Under the pieces are notes generated by a model. That model was given only the letters and a program-made list of their open reading frames with translations, made no database searches and had not been told where the DNA came from. A DNA stretch of 64,000 nt from Eledone cirrhosa. Lineage: Eukaryota. The position numbers and the translations under genes are program-made. Positions 1-13,282 of the stretch are shown here, piece by piece. The stretch spans positions 237,646,001-237,710,000 of the forward strand of contig OZ024741.1 of assembly GCA_964016885.1 (NCBI GenBank). Reading direction: 5' to 3'. The stretch's first letter is position 1, and each line of letters begins with the position of its first letter.

Positions 1-535
1 CAGGGCTGTGCTCACAAGTGGTGGAAAGCAGGAGGCTGAATTAAATGCAAGAATTGTGGGAACTGGTGCAGTAATGCGTCAGCTCAGCATTCGGTAATCA
101 GAAAAAGGGAGGTAGGTGTAAAAGCCAAATGCACTATCTTCAATGCAGCATTCGTGTTAAATCTTTCCTATGATCCCCCAAAAGTATGATCGCGAATACA
201 AGTGGTTGAAGTGGGGTTCCTCCGAAGGGTCTATTGTGTAATATTACTTGACAGAGAGTTGCTCCAGGTAGAGTCACTACTTCTCCTAATTGAGGGATCA
301 CAGCTCCGATACTGTTAAGATGTGGTTAGAATGTCCCAGGAGAGAATTGCTGGACAGATTTTACAGGCAAAACCAACCGGCAGGGACCCAGCAAGATGGT
401 TGAATAACATCCATGAGCTTGGCTGGTCTCACTTGAGGATCCTGCAGGGGATCAACTGGAAATGGTTGCTTCTGACAGGACCCACTGGAAGGAGTGTTTG
501 AGGACTCTGCCTCTACGACCCTCTCAGAAAGAAGA
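1..535 (+). mobile_element. Degenerate 3' fragment of an RTE-clade LINE
   Basis: Broken translation QLRYC*DVVRMSQERIAGQILQAKPTGR resembles the RTE C-terminal RLRWxGHVxRM...GRP motif; ends in short (GAA)n. Confidence 0.6.
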
Positions 536-812
536 AGAATTTAATTTATTAGTGTCTGAAAACGAATTCGTATTAGAAAAAAATAAAGTTATTTAGAACA
601 TTTATACGATAAATAGTAAAAAAATATTCAGTTTTTGTTGTTACAATTCTTTTACTTTTTCTTATTTCTTTGAATTAAACAGTATGAAGCGATTGAGAAA
701 GAACTTCATTAAAAAATAACAAATCCGAATCTCCTAGGAAATTATTGTAGAGATGTTACAATTAGATAAATCACCGCTTCTGTGTTAATATAAATATATT
801 TTATTGTTCGTG

Positions 813-1010
813 TGACGTCAGCAGGTAGCTTTTGGGAAATAAAAAAAAATATTGCTTACATTATTATTTCTTATCTTTCTCCAAAACTCGATAATTTCAT
901 ATCAATATGTATAAAAAAAGGGAAAACTAAATAAATTGTAAAAAAAAAAAAAATGATATACTGTCTGGCTGTATGTAATATTTGCTAACGTTATTTATCG
1001 AAGGGCGGGG
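813..1010 (+). promoter_or_regulatory. Candidate promoter of ZNF gene 1 (CRE site and GC box)
   Basis: TGACGTCA at 813-820 and GGGCGGGG at 1003-1010 in otherwise AT-rich DNA, just upstream of a consensus splice donor. Confidence 0.4.
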
Positions 1011-1019
1011 CTTGTGCTT

Positions 1020-1167
1020 CCTCGCATAAATCAGCGAAGGAAAAAGTCCCCCAATTCTGATAATAAACAATAACAAACATTGAAAAACAAAATATTAGAA
1101 ATTCAAATCCCAAAATACTAATAAAAATTCCCCACAGATGGTCTGAGAAAAAACTGATAGGATTCAG
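1020..1167 (+). other. Putative non-coding first exon of ZNF gene 1 (intron 1168-6822; start approximate)
   Basis: Perfect donor CAG|GTGAGT at 1167/1168; strong acceptor tttttttattttcAG ending 6822 upstream of the CDS. Confidence 0.45.
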
Positions 1168-1367
1168 GTGAGTTTATATTTCATTTCTTATGCTATTTTC
1201 TACTAGTTATGTCTGTCCTTCGCTGCATGGAGACAAGAATTACTGCTGCACCAGATTTTTCTCTCTCCCTCTCCCTCTTTGTATTTCTCTCCTGCTTCGG
1301 CTTTAATAAATCGTACAATGAACCCTATATATATGTATATATATGTAATACATACATACTATGTATG

Positions 1368-1405
<38 letters not shown>

Positions 1406-1989
1406 CGTATATAAATAAGCTTCAGATATACACATGCTGACATAGGCAGAATGTATATATTTATTTATTTATTTATATATATACATACATACACATCGCC
1501 ACCTTCATGTAGATCTTTCTACACTTATATACACAGAGCTGTCTTTATGTAGTATCGTTCATTCTTAGGCGATTTTACTCAGAAGTGATTTGTGGTTCTA
1601 CTCTTATTTAAAAAGTAATTGTTTTTTTTTTATACATAGAATGAAGTCTCCATTGTAATAAGGTGGAGGACGATGGTGTGGCTTGTACAAGTCTGGTTTT
1701 ATGAATTTGTACTTTTATATATATATATATAAAACGTTTTAATTCGTGTGATTAGACTTCTGCTAAAAACCTCCTTGTTGTATATAACTCGCATATATGT
1801 GTGTTTCTTTATAAAAACACTCCTTCATGAATATGTTTATACACATATATGTAGGTCATACACATTTTGTCTATACGCACATTTAGGTTCAGTCAAATTT
1901 ATAAAGAAATGGGCACACATTTACATCTTAATGTCCATAAATATACGCGCATCCATACACATACATATATATTCTAAGCTAAAAGGTTG

Positions 1990-2067
1990 CAGTGACTTCG
2001 AAGTTTCATCTTGGTAGCTTCATCATCTGTAAGATGAAGCGACCAAGCTGTAATTTCGAAGTCACTG
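1990..2067. repeat. 78-bp hairpin made of two inverted degenerate hammerhead cores
   Basis: cagtgacttcgaa...ttcgaagtcactg arms; minus strand reads aTGATGA-agctaccaagat-GAAAC-TTCGAA-GTC. Confidence 0.55.
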
Positions 2068-2639
2068 ACACTTTTCTCCCACCTGTATTGAATGCTCATT
2101 CAATTAATAATACAGCGATATTTCAAACATAATAGGAGTTACCAGTTCAGACTAGTAAGACCATTGTTCAGTTTAGTACTCGATATTTAAGAAAGAGTGT
2201 AGGTAGTATAATCGTTTACTCATACATATATAGGTTTATAGGTTGTCGGAGTTACCTATTATATATGTAGGTCTAGTCAAATGGATCTGTGAAAACACAT
2301 GCATACGCGCACAGTGGAGGAATTGGCACGGGCCTACATTTCTCAAATACTAGTTCTTTTATTCTATTCTGTTACATTTGAGTACATAATGTACACTACA
2401 TGCATATATGTATACCAGGATCGAATGATGACTTGGAAAGCAGGGCATGCAGGTCAATAGCTATAATGTGGTAGCTAATTATAATGTGAGATAATGCACT
2501 TCTACCAACAGGCCGTATACCCTTCTCCACTGGACTTGATGTCCTCCCCATTAGTAACACCCTGGCGACAGGCCTGCCATGATGACCTTTATTGGTTACG
2601 AGAGAAATCTGAGGAAATAAAACCTACAAATAATGAGAT

Positions 2640-4500
2640 ATTTAAAATTTATTTGTAAATCAATTCATTGATTACTTTGCTATAAAATGTATCAGCACCA
2701 CACTTTACCTTCATCTTCTTAAAGGTCTTTATTCTTAAAAGTTATTCATGGAAATGAAGACCAAATTACTTTGAGAACACCCCATATAATTATTTACTTG
2801 CTTTAATGAAGTAAACGATCTCTTATAGCAAGCAGATGTGGCAGGTATGGTCAGAATCAGATGTAGTAAATTTGTTACTTCTGCCATTTAGTTCAAGTTC
2901 CTGTAATTATGCCTGCAATTTCTTGGATGTTTGACGCATGCTTTGCAAAACCAGCAGCATAAACTGATTTCAGCTCGCATTTCAATCTAACTAAATCCAG
3001 TATGTTTATGTAGACACCCAAAGATGAAAATATATTTCCATCAGAAATTTTTTTCGTTAACATGAAAAATCTTTGGATTTAACAAATCTGAACTCTGTTT
3101 TAAATCTTTGCTCACCGTGAACAATAACTTCATCCAAAATGTCAAACAACTTCTGGTTCTTGATGTCGATCACACTTCTCTGGTGGTTCAGCAACACCAT
3201 CTAGAACTCGGCTATAACATTTCTCAAACCTATTGTTCTTGATATCAACCAAATGTTTCTTGAAGCTTTCAACAAATCTCTAAGCCACACAACATGGTTT
3301 CAAAAACCACTAATAAAAATTTAAACTGAAAATCTAGGATTGCAATGAATCCCCTTGTCTATATTAATTCTGAAGTACTCCAATCCTCTGAATTTTCTAA
3401 TATGATTGAAAATAGTTTGGAAACAATAATTTTGTCAAATAAAATGGTTACTTGTTAAGATGAATAATTCCAACATGTCTCAAGGTAACTTTGGAATCAC
3501 CTTCCAACAATTTCATCCAGTAGTGCTATTCGAGCTGTTGATTTGAGAAAAAAGTTGAAATTTCTTTTAAAGATTGGAAGAAAATTCGACATTCACGAAT
3601 ACTTGAAGCTGATTGAAAGAGTACCAAATTAAGTGAGTTTGCATAACAATGTGCAAATATGACATTCACACCAAAAATCGTCTTTATTCTTGCTTGCACT
3701 CCGTTCAAATGCCTAGCTATCATGCTTGCTCCATCATAAGTTTGTGCGATGAATTTTTAGCCACTTGAATTCATCATCATCATCATCATCATCATCGTTT
3801 AACGTCTATCTTCCACACTAGCATGGGTTTAGACGGGAATTGTCCCACTTGAGGCAAGATTGGTCGTCTCGCTCATATGAGACTGGCAGGTTTTCTACAG
3901 CTGGATGCCCTTCCTAACACCAACCATGTTTACAGTGTGGACTGGGAGGTTTTTACCATGTTACCTACATGTTTGATCCTTCTGTTTCATCATGTCTTCA
4001 AAATGGTAATTCTTGACAGGCCAAAATTTCAATACAATGAATTAACCTTTTCAATACATCATGATTTTTCTCAACTGATGTATTATGCAACTGAATCGTA
4101 GCTACTTTCCAGTGATTGATCGCTGTAACAATTGGTTGTTGGCCAAAGGTTTTCAGAGCAATTACAGAATTCAGTTAATTTTTTGTTTCTTGTCAAAGCT
4201 ATAATTAAATTGTTCAAATCGCAATAGCCACTAATTGTCCATGTGTCCTTATGTTGACAAAATATCAGACATGGGAAACAGAACAATTTGTTCAGAATGG
4301 GACATCCTGTCATCCACTCATACTGTTCATAATACTTGGAATCAAAATAATCATAATATTCCTTACTGCCCTCTTTACTTTTGATTTTCAGTTCAAGCTT
4401 TGGTTTCTCTCTTCCGAGAATAATAATATTCTTCTCTTTGGGTCTTCTTGTTGCAAAAGATCAGGAAAATAGAGAGGAGACTGGACTAATTGACTCTTTT
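2640..4500 (-). mobile_element. Degenerate hAT transposase (ZMYM1/TTF-zinc-finger type); boundaries approximate
   Basis: Minus-strand peptides NKLFCFPCLIF (TTF finger), HCYANSLNLVL (CxxH core) and LILTIPATSACYKRSFTSLKQ (hAT dimerisation domain); frameshifted. Confidence 0.8.
3772..3971 (-). mobile_element. RTE 3'UTR/SINE fragment inserted in the hAT relic
   Basis: (TCA)n tail and ctggatgcccttcctaacaccaacc motif shared with 37117-37410. Confidence 0.8.
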
Positions 4501-5109
4501 GCCATTATGAGGGTGAATGAAAACCTGAAAAATGTTATTGGGTTATAATTTATTTTTATGAATTACAGCTTTATTCTAACAAAAAAAAAAAAAAAATAGG
4601 TGCTAGTTTACTTTTTTACATAACTTTTTTAAATAATTTTAAATATTTAAAATTAAATTTTAAAGCATTGGAATGAATAATTAGATGAAAACTTAACCCT
4701 TTTAATTACAAAAAATAAACTTTGCTGGGTACTCCTTTTTGTTCCAAGTGTGAACTAATCAAAAAAAAATTCAGTCATATGACTGAATCTGGATATTAAA
4801 AGCAGTAAAAAAAGAAACTTTGGTATGATATTAGGGTTGCCAAACATTCCGTATATACTCTATAGTACTGAATAATCTTACAAAATAAACCAGAATCAGC
4901 AATGAAACAAACTTACAAATTAACTAAATACCCATTTCTCTGTTGGAATATATAAATCTTTGATCTCAGCTGCACGAGGTAATAAAAACATCACTGCTTT
5001 GCTTCCAAGAAAAAATCCTGCTTTTCTTTGCCTTTCTCTCACTGACCTCTCCTTTATATTTCATGCCCCCTGCTCAATAGGAAAAAAAATGTATGTATGA
5101 TGATGATGT

Positions 5110-5310
5110 ATGTAGGCGTCATGACAAAAGGGACCCAGTAAATGAGGTTGGCGTTAGGAAGGGCATTCAGCTGTAGAAACCAATCCTAAATCAGTTCTGT
5201 ATGAGTAATACATGGTCACCTGACCTAGCATTGCTCACACACAACAGGACAACTTGTCTAACCTATGCTAGCGTGGAAAATAGACGTAAAATGGTGGAGA
5301 TGATGATGAT
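5110..5310 (+). mobile_element. RTE 3'UTR-derived fragment
   Basis: gttaggaagggcattcagctgtagaaa ... ggaaaatagacgtaaaa (GAT)n tail. Confidence 0.75.
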
Positions 5311-5384
5311 ATATGTGCACACACACAAATATATATATATCATTATCAACATCAGTTTACGCCCGCTTTTCCTTATAAATTATG

Positions 5385-6014
5385 TTGGTACCACAAAACA
5401 TCCAGCCCACACTGTAAAGTGGCCATGTAGGTCTCACAACAAAAAGCACCCAGCCCACACTGTAAAGTGGCCATGTAGGTCTCACAACAAAAAGCACCCA
5501 GCCCACACTGTAAAGTGGTCATGTAGGTGTCACGACAAAAAGCACCCAACCCACACTGTAAAGTGGTCATGTAGGTGTCACGACAAAAAGTACCCAGCCC
5601 ACACTGTAAAGTGGTCATGTAGGTGTCACGACAAAAAGCACTCAGCCCACACTGTAAAGTGGTCATGTAGGTCTCACAACAAAAAGCACCCAGCCCACAC
5701 TGTAAAGTGGTCATGTAGGTGTCACGACAAAAAGCACCCAGCCCACACTGTAAAGTGGTCATGTAGGTGTCACGACAAAAAGCACCCAGCCCACACTGTA
5801 AAGTGGTCACGTAGGAGACACAACATAAATCACTAAGCACACACTGTAAATGAGGTTGACATTAGGAAGGGCACCCAGCCGTAGAAAACCAGCCAGAAAC
5901 AGTCCTATATGAGCGAGACATAGTCACCCAACTCAACTAGCCTCTAAATGGGACAAGCCCGTCTAACCCATGCTAGCATGGAAGATGGATGTTAAACAAT
6001 GCTGCTGATGATGA
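5385..6014 (+). mobile_element. RTE 3'UTR-derived element with a 48-bp module amplified ~9x (5390-5850)
   Basis: Unit aaaaagcacccagcccacactgtaaagtggtcatgtaggtgtcacgac, followed by the family tail and (GAT)n; ORFs 5201-5836 and 5373-5840 are artefacts of the repeat. Confidence 0.85.
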
Positions 6015-7462
6015 TATATATATATATAAGTATATACATATATATTTATTTAAATCAAGTGACAACCACAAGTCATAGTAGTAGCAGTAGTAGTAATAGT
6101 AAAGGCAGAATGAGGAGACAGCATGCCTATAGGCCAGAAGTTTGAGTGTGTAGATGAGTGACTTAATACCAATCATATATAGCCTTTTGAGTTTGGTGTT
6201 AAAATCTTGTGCGTGTATATTTGTATATGTGTGTATGCATATATATGTGTGTGTATGCATATATGTGTGTGTGTGTATGTATGCATATATATATATATGC
6301 GTGTGAGGTTAAAAAAAATGCCTTGGTGGCTATGATGTTCAAATATGAATCCAAAATGGAGGTGCACAGGATGAATTGTGCCTTTTGGTGAATTACACAA
6401 ATAAAGATGAGAAAAGAAAAATTGCTACAAACCAAAGTGCATCAACTGAAAAGGAAGAGAGAGATAGAAATGTTGCACTATAATGATTAGTATCAACCTT
6501 GATGTACTGAAACTATAATGATTTCCAGAGGTTGACTTTGGAGAAGGGACTGTCTGTTTTTCCATTTTTTCTGTTGTCTTTGTCCTGTTTGCCCTGTTTT
6601 GGATTTATATATGTATCACAGTTATTTACTAAAAATACCAGGTGCAAAAAACTGAATGCCACTTATTCCCCCAAACTTAACTCTGGGCTTGGAATATTCA
6701 ATAATGAAACCAAAATATTATGAACACAAAGGGGATACAATTTATATATGTATGATAATTTTAGTTTTCTCTTCTCTCGAGAGTGTCACAACACTGGATT
6801 TACTTCTTTTTTTTATTTTCAGAAATTCACCAAAAACGTCTGCTGTTAATATTGGCAGTTTGTGAAATAGTAGAAGAAAGTGAAACATAAAGTTTCCTTT
6901 ATTTTAATTTTAAATCGGCGGACTGATTCCTGTTGGAGAGTACTGAATATGACTGAATGGACATTATCTGTCGATTTGTTATTGAACCAATCTTATCAGT
7001 CAAGATATCACTGAGATGTTATTATGAACACTGAAATCAGTTTTGCCACTTGTGCATGCCTTTCCCTCTGCTACTGTTATTGTCGTTAGTCATTATTGTG
7101 GCTGTTTTGTTGTTAGTAATATTTTAGTATAAGGTGTTGGATGAGAATTTTATAAAAATTGTAATGTGTCACAATTCTATGCTTGTGAATACTCATATGA
7201 AACCAAATTAGGAAATGAAATTTTTAAGGATTTGAAAATAATTAATAAGAGATGGAAGAAAGTAGAAAAAAAGAAAACATTATTTTGATTTTAAAATTTT
7301 GGTAAATTGCAAGAAAGAAGACTTTGATACTGTATAACTATTTTGTGTTGTTAAGATAGGAGTCAAGCCCCTTGCTTATACCATTTCACACACCTCTAAA
7401 AGATCTGTGTTTATGAGTAAAACTCCTTATTCCTTAAATATCTGTATGACCAAGAATTACAA

Positions 7463-9250
7463 ATGGCAGCGGGGATCGGAGCATCTGGGAAATTGCCACA
7501 TACAGGGGAGACTGTGTTCTCTATTGATGCTGATTCTAAACAGTACCTGTTTCCCTATTATCTTTCCCCTATTACTAAAACAACAAATGCTGCAATGACT
7601 GGGGGTGGTAAATTGCAGACAATTGATACCAATGACATCCTTGTGGACCAGAGAAAGGAATCCTCTACTATGTTAGCACAGGCAAATGAAGGCAATCATT
7701 CATCAAAAATCCCTACACATCTTGGAGATCGATATTTTTGTGATTTTTGTGGCAAACGATTTGTTCAGAAATACATTTTAGAAATGCATCGTCGCACTCA
7801 CACTGGTGAGAAACCCTACCACTGCGACACATGTTCAAAACAGTTTGCCCGAAGGGATACTTTACAGATTCATAAACGGTCTCATTTGGGTTTGAAGCCA
7901 TACCAGTGTGAAATCTGCCAGGAAACATTTGCTCAGAGACATTACCTGATTATTCACCGAAGGAAACATACTGGCGAAAGGCCTTTTGAGTGTGATTTTT
8001 GCTTACAAAGATTTGCTCGGAGAGACACATTACAAATTCACCAACTGAGACACACTGGAGAAAAACCATTTGAATGTGAAGTTTGTTCCAAGAAATTTGC
8101 ACAGAAATATTACTTACGAATCCATCGAAGACTTCATAATACTACAGAAACAGATGGTCAGTTGTACAAATGTAATTTATGTTCAAGTAGTTTCACTAAC
8201 AAAGGTCACCTACAGTTACATCAGCGGACACATTTAGTGCCACATCTCTTTAAATGTGACATTTGCCCAAAAAGTTTCACTCAGAAACAGTATCTACAGT
8301 CTCATAAAAGGGTTCACATGGCTGTTGCAAGACTTTACCAATGTGATATTTGCCAAGAACCTTTCACAAACAAGGATTACCTACGAATACATAAGCGTTC
8401 TCACAGTGGAGAAAAACCATATCAGTGTGACATTTGTATCCAGAAATTTGCACGTAAAGATACTTTAGTAATTCACCGCCGAACACACACGGGGGAGAAA
8501 CCTTTCCACTGCGAAATCTGTGGCAAAGATTTTGCTAAACGTGATAAACTTCAAGTACACCGTGGCACACACATGCGGCAAAAAAAATTTAACTGTGACC
8601 TCTGTTGTAAGATGTTCACACGACGTGATACTCTTGAGATTCATAAACGTATTCATACGGGAGAGAAGCCATTCCAGTGTCAGATTTGTTTAAAGCAGTT
8701 TTCACAAAAAGATAAGCTTCATATTCATACTCGAATCCACACAGGTGTTAAACCATTTCATTGCGATGCATGTCCGAAATCATTTTTTCAAAGAAATGCT
8801 CTTGAGAAACACAAAAGAACCCATACAGGAGAAAAGCCATACCAGTGTGGCATGTGCTTGAAGCAGTTTGCCCACAGAGATTATTTAAAAATACATCAGA
8901 GAATGCATACTGGAGAGAAGAGATTTCACTGTGAAATTTGCTTGAAAAAGTTTGCACGCAAAGATACTTTGCAAGTCCACCAAAGAACGCACACTGGAGA
9001 GAAGCCATATAAGTGTGAAATCTGTTTCAAAACATTTGCACAACGGAATAAACTTCAAATTCACAGTCGGACTCATTCAGGAGAGAAACCATATGCCTGT
9101 GAAGTTTGCTTGCAAAGATTTTCTCGACAGGATTCCCTTCGCCGTCACTCCAAAACACACAAAGAAAATCAGATGAATAGCAATGCAATATCGTTGTCTA
9201 TGAAACATATTGATCACCTTCCTGCAGTCACCAAATATTTATGTCTGTGA
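7463..9250 (+). CDS. C2H2 zinc finger protein, 595 aa, 17 tandem fingers, no KRAB/BTB/SCAN domain recognised
   Basis: Uninterrupted ORF with 17 CxxC-x12-HxxxH units and many TGEKP linkers; ATG in aaATGG context. Confidence 0.95.
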   Translation: MAAGIGASGKLPHTGETVFSIDADSKQYLFPYYLSPITKTTNAAMTGGGKLQTIDTNDILVDQRKESSTMLAQANEGNHSSKIPTHLGDRYFCDFCGKRFVQKYILEMHRRTHTGEKPYHCDTCSKQFARRDTLQIHKRSHLGLKPYQCEICQETFAQRHYLIIHRRKHTGERPFECDFCLQRFARRDTLQIHQLRHTGEKPFECEVCSKKFAQKYYLRIHRRLHNTTETDGQLYKCNLCSSSFTNKGHLQLHQRTHLVPHLFKCDICPKSFTQKQYLQSHKRVHMAVARLYQCDICQEPFTNKDYLRIHKRSHSGEKPYQCDICIQKFARKDTLVIHRRTHTGEKPFHCEICGKDFAKRDKLQVHRGTHMRQKKFNCDLCCKMFTRRDTLEIHKRIHTGEKPFQCQICLKQFSQKDKLHIHTRIHTGVKPFHCDACPKSFFQRNALEKHKRTHTGEKPYQCGMCLKQFAHRDYLKIHQRMHTGEKRFHCEICLKKFARKDTLQVHQRTHTGEKPYKCEICFKTFAQRNKLQIHSRTHSGEKPYACEVCLQRFSRQDSLRRHSKTHKENQMNSNAISLSMKHIDHLPAVTKYLCL

Positions 9251-10619
9251 GAACTAGTATAGAGGATTACCCATAGATTGGTTGTTTATGTAATCAATTG
9301 CAACTGCAATTTGCTTAATAATGCTAGATCTAACAGCATTTAGGGCAGTAATCTTTACCAGACTTTACCAGACTTTACTTTTCCATTGTATTTCATGCTA
9401 TATGACATTTCTAAATGACAATCAGATATTATTTTCTAGACTGACTAATTTCTTATTTTGAAATACTCATTAACTCCTCCTACTGCCCACCACAATATCT
9501 CTAGTCTAATTAGACTGCCTAACCAACCATCTCCAGCTACCTTAATATCTTTATTTCCCTTGCCTTTTCACACCAATCTGTTTAAAATTTTCTCAGTTTC
9601 TATGATAAAAAAAAATTATGTTAAACATTTAGTCGTGCTCTAGCTTAATAATGAGAGAATTAATTATTTTACTAAATCCTTCTAATTGAATATTTTCAAA
9701 ATTAATTGAAACACATTAAAAATATAACTACAGAAGGATTCAGATGATATTTTTAAATGAAGATGTTTATTTAGCACTGAATATTTCATTCATCTATCAG
9801 TCTGCTGTAAAATTATTTACCTATTCTACATCTATCATTTGTAGCCATTATACAATACACTTATTTACTAATACAGGATGGTCATGGTTTGATAGTATTT
9901 TAAGTTTGATTATAGAATCAACTTCATCCAAATGTAGGGCTGCTGGTTGCCGGTTATGTAGACAACCAGATTGCTGTGCTCATCCCAAGATAACACTAAC
10001 TGCTCAACTCATATGAAATAGGAGCAACTTTGAGTTAGCTTAAATGGGGACAATAGAATGAAGTGCCTTGTCTAAGGGTACAATGAAATGTGAATGGCAG
10101 GTTTTTAACTGATAACATCTGTGCCCATTGTTAACATGAACAAACTTTCACCTGTTGCACAATATATCTATAACCCCCCCCCCCCCCCCCCTCAAAATTA
10201 CTAAGTAAAAGGAAACTCTTAAACAGTTCTGAGAAACCCTGTAATATAAAAGAATTTCTCTGGTTCCAGGTTAGATAGTAGCAATCATGAGAGGTGTTAC
10301 ATCTTTATATTTATGTTTTAATCTTGTAATGAGAACTGAAGATGTTTGTGTTTTTTAAACTTGTAGCTTAGAATCTATTGTTTTCTTGGGTGTTTTCACA
10401 GCTTTTGAAAATGTTTTTGTCTGTTTGATATTATGGTTTCACTATTCACCAGTTTATGTTGCAAAAAATACTTGTTAAACGTTAATTACAAATTCAGATG
10501 AATAGTAGAGGAGGAATAGATTAACACTTTGGTTTTGAGGCTGTATATTGTATTTTTGTTTTTAGCTCTTTAGATTTCTTTGAATTTTGGGACATGATTG
10601 TCTGATTGTTCATCTATTT

Positions 10620-11105
10620 CAATAATGACCATCTACTCCTTCATTTGTGGATTCTTCGATGACTGTAAGTCCCAATCTGTAATAGGACATTTGAATGTTT
10701 GGACCAGGTATTAATCTGCATGCATGCCTTCTTTCTCGCTTCTCCTGACAGCTCTGAGTCTGTTTCTCTTCCATATCTTCAACCCTTCTCCAGCAGTGAG
10801 AATGTCAAAGTGAACAGTCAGTAGCAATCCCGTCCACTCTTGAAGGGTTGATGTTGCTCCTGTTTAAAGTGATCCTCAACTGGTCTTTGAACTGTTCTTT
10901 TGGTCCTTCAGCCACACATGATCATGGCGTAGCTGTCTGTAGAAAATTCTGCTGGGTAAGGAGACTCAGACATGCATACTATATGTCTGAGTCCTTTCAG
11001 TTGATGCCTATGTAGTGTGGGTTAGATGCTGCTGGTGTTGGTTCAGTAGAGAATTTCTTTGTGTAATCCTATATTATCAGAAGACTGAAAGGATCTTCTG
11101 TAGAT
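10620..11105 (-). mobile_element. Old degenerate LINE 3' end (RTE/BovB-like)
   Basis: Broken minus-strand peptide GPKEQFKDQLRITL...NINP typical of RTE C-termini. Confidence 0.45.
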
Positions 11106-11602
11106 ACTGAATGTTAAATATATAGGTACATATGTATTTAGAAATGGGAAGAAAAAATACTCAATATGTCTAGAGTATATATAGCTATTTATACACACAC
11201 GCAAATATTTATTATTAGCACTGTTGTAACATTGAAGACTGTCTTTGGAATCACATGCACTACAGTAACAGCTGTTTAATCTCCTCCATCTCTTCCTTTA
11301 ATTGTTGTGAGGCTTTTTATGTAATTAAAATAAAGTTGTTTTTAAATGTTAGAACATACAGAAAATGTTGCAAGTGAGAGAGGTCAGCTATCTGAACTAA
11401 CCACACATATTTTGTATTAATTGATATACATGAGCTGTAATATAATTACTGTGAGCTGTGGCCAAAATCATATGTGGTATTTTGTTGTTCAAATCCCACT
11501 GAGGTTAGCTTTGTCATTGATAAAGCAAAATATCTGTTGAGGGGTATATATAATAATTACTCCCACTCTCATCCATAACCATAATGTGAATATGCATAAT
11601 CT

Positions 11603-11830
11603 TGTGGTTAGGGTGTTGGAGTCAGAATTATAAAGTCATAGGTTGCATCCCTGGACCAGGTGGTGCATAGTGTCCTTAAGCAAGGCATTTCATTTCACAT
11701 TCTTTTCAATCAAAAATGAGTAGCAGCAAAGGAACCTTGCAACCATCCAGTGAGGAGTCTTGTACTTTCAGTCACTTATACATCTCACGAAAACAGGATA
11801 AGCTTTGGCCTGATGAGCCTCTAGGATTGA
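11603..11830 (+). mobile_element. Degenerate tRNA-head SINE (same head as 39550, different tail)
   Basis: gtggttagggtgttgg A-box, gtgtccttaagcaaggcattt central box, tail aaacaggataagctttggcctgatgagcc. Confidence 0.55.
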
Positions 11831-11911
11831 GACAAATTTCAACTAACTCCAGCATGGTGATGACTCATTGTCTGAATGAAACTGCATTATGCCTGAATAA
11901 TTAAGAAGATA

Positions 11912-12230
11912 AGTGACAAATTGGCAGAGTTGTTAGAACGTCAGATAGAATGATATTCATTCCAGCTCTCTATGCTCAGTTCAAAACCTGCAATGGTCAA
12001 TCATGCCTTTCTTCCTTTCGAGGTTAAAAAAAGAAGTATCAGTTCAGTACTGGTATTGATTCTTCCTCTATATCTCTTTTTCACTTCCTCTCTCGCCTAT
12101 GGAAGAAATCAGCTGTGTTCAGACCTGGAGAGGGGATGATCTTCACCAGGTTTAAAAGGCCCGAAGCATGCCGTGTGTCACTACAGCACCCCTACAACAA
12201 CATCAAGAGTTATGAGTCCATATATACTAC
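11912..12230 (+). mobile_element. Degenerate SINE plus a downstream repeat; related copies at 22678-23000, 23180-23345 and 23416-23730
   Basis: tggcagagttgttagaacg / gttcaaa / gcctttcttcctttcgagg boxes followed by shared gaaatcagctgtgttcagacctggagaggg. Confidence 0.6.
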
Positions 12231-12819
12231 ACTGTAATTAAGAACATAGAATGACTAGATAATTAAATCATAAATGCTGTTAAAGCAAACAGCTACTATC
12301 CCTGAAACAAAGTTCAAAGTTGGAGTCCAAGAATGAAGTTGTTGATCAATTTTAGTTGCTGAATGTTGTGTTGTACATCGTCTGATAAATCAGAATTTTG
12401 TAAATTCTTGTATTGTTGTCTTGGTGATGTAAATAAATAAACATGTATCCAAATGCACCAGTTTAATCAACTGACTTAGTAGAAAACTGTGTTGTTTTTT
12501 TATTTGGTTTATATTCATTTTTTGATGGTGGCAAAAGTGGAGTAAATTGTTTCTACAACTAGTTATCCTTCTTGCTATTAACCATTCTACTGTAATCTAG
12601 AAGTGAAACTTATTTTGACAGCCTGAAGCATGGATGTAGTTTATGTTTGAACTTCTGATGCTGTTGTTTGTAGCCCAGTACTTTAACCTCACAACCTTTG
12701 TGCTTATATGGTAACAATTTCTTCATTGCTTTTAATTACTTTTTTTGTACACTACATTTCAGTACCACTTGTGGCCTATTTAAACAACTCTTTAATATCA
12801 TTATCTCAGTTACACTATT

Positions 12820-13282
12820 GTGTCACTATTCCAGTTATACACCAGTCACATTGTCACTCCTCCAGTCACACATCACTCCCACTCCTCCAGTTACACACCA
12901 GCCCCACTGTCACTCCTCCAGTTACCAGTTTCACTGTCACTACTCCAATTACACACCACCCTTACTATCACTACTCCAGTTACACATCACCTTTACTGTC
13001 ATTCCTCCTGTTATACTACTCCAGTCCTGCTGTCACTCCTCCAGTTACACATCATCCCACTGTCATTCCACAAGTTACACATCACCCCACTGTCACTATA
13101 GTTACACACCAGTTTCACTGTCTTCCCTCCAGTTACATACCAGCCCTACTGTCACTTCTCCAGTTACACATCACCTTCACTGTCATTCCTCTTGTTATAC
13201 TACTCCAGTTACGTACCAGCCCCACTGTCACTCCTCCAGTTACATACCAGCCCTACTGTCACTCCTGTTACACACCAGCTAC
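12820..13282. repeat. Degenerate ~31-bp minisatellite (cactgtcactcctccagttacacaccagccc)
   Basis: Repeated unit visible; the overlapping His/Ser/Thr-rich ORFs are spurious. Confidence 0.85.

Noticed and set aside
5390-5850. CRISPR-like regular repeat and 211/155-aa repeat ORFs
   Set aside because: No unique spacers or cas genes; the unit is an RTE-UTR module in eukaryotic DNA
11810-11835. CTGATGA possible hammerhead
   Set aside because: No GAAA or stem I/III; it is a SINE tail
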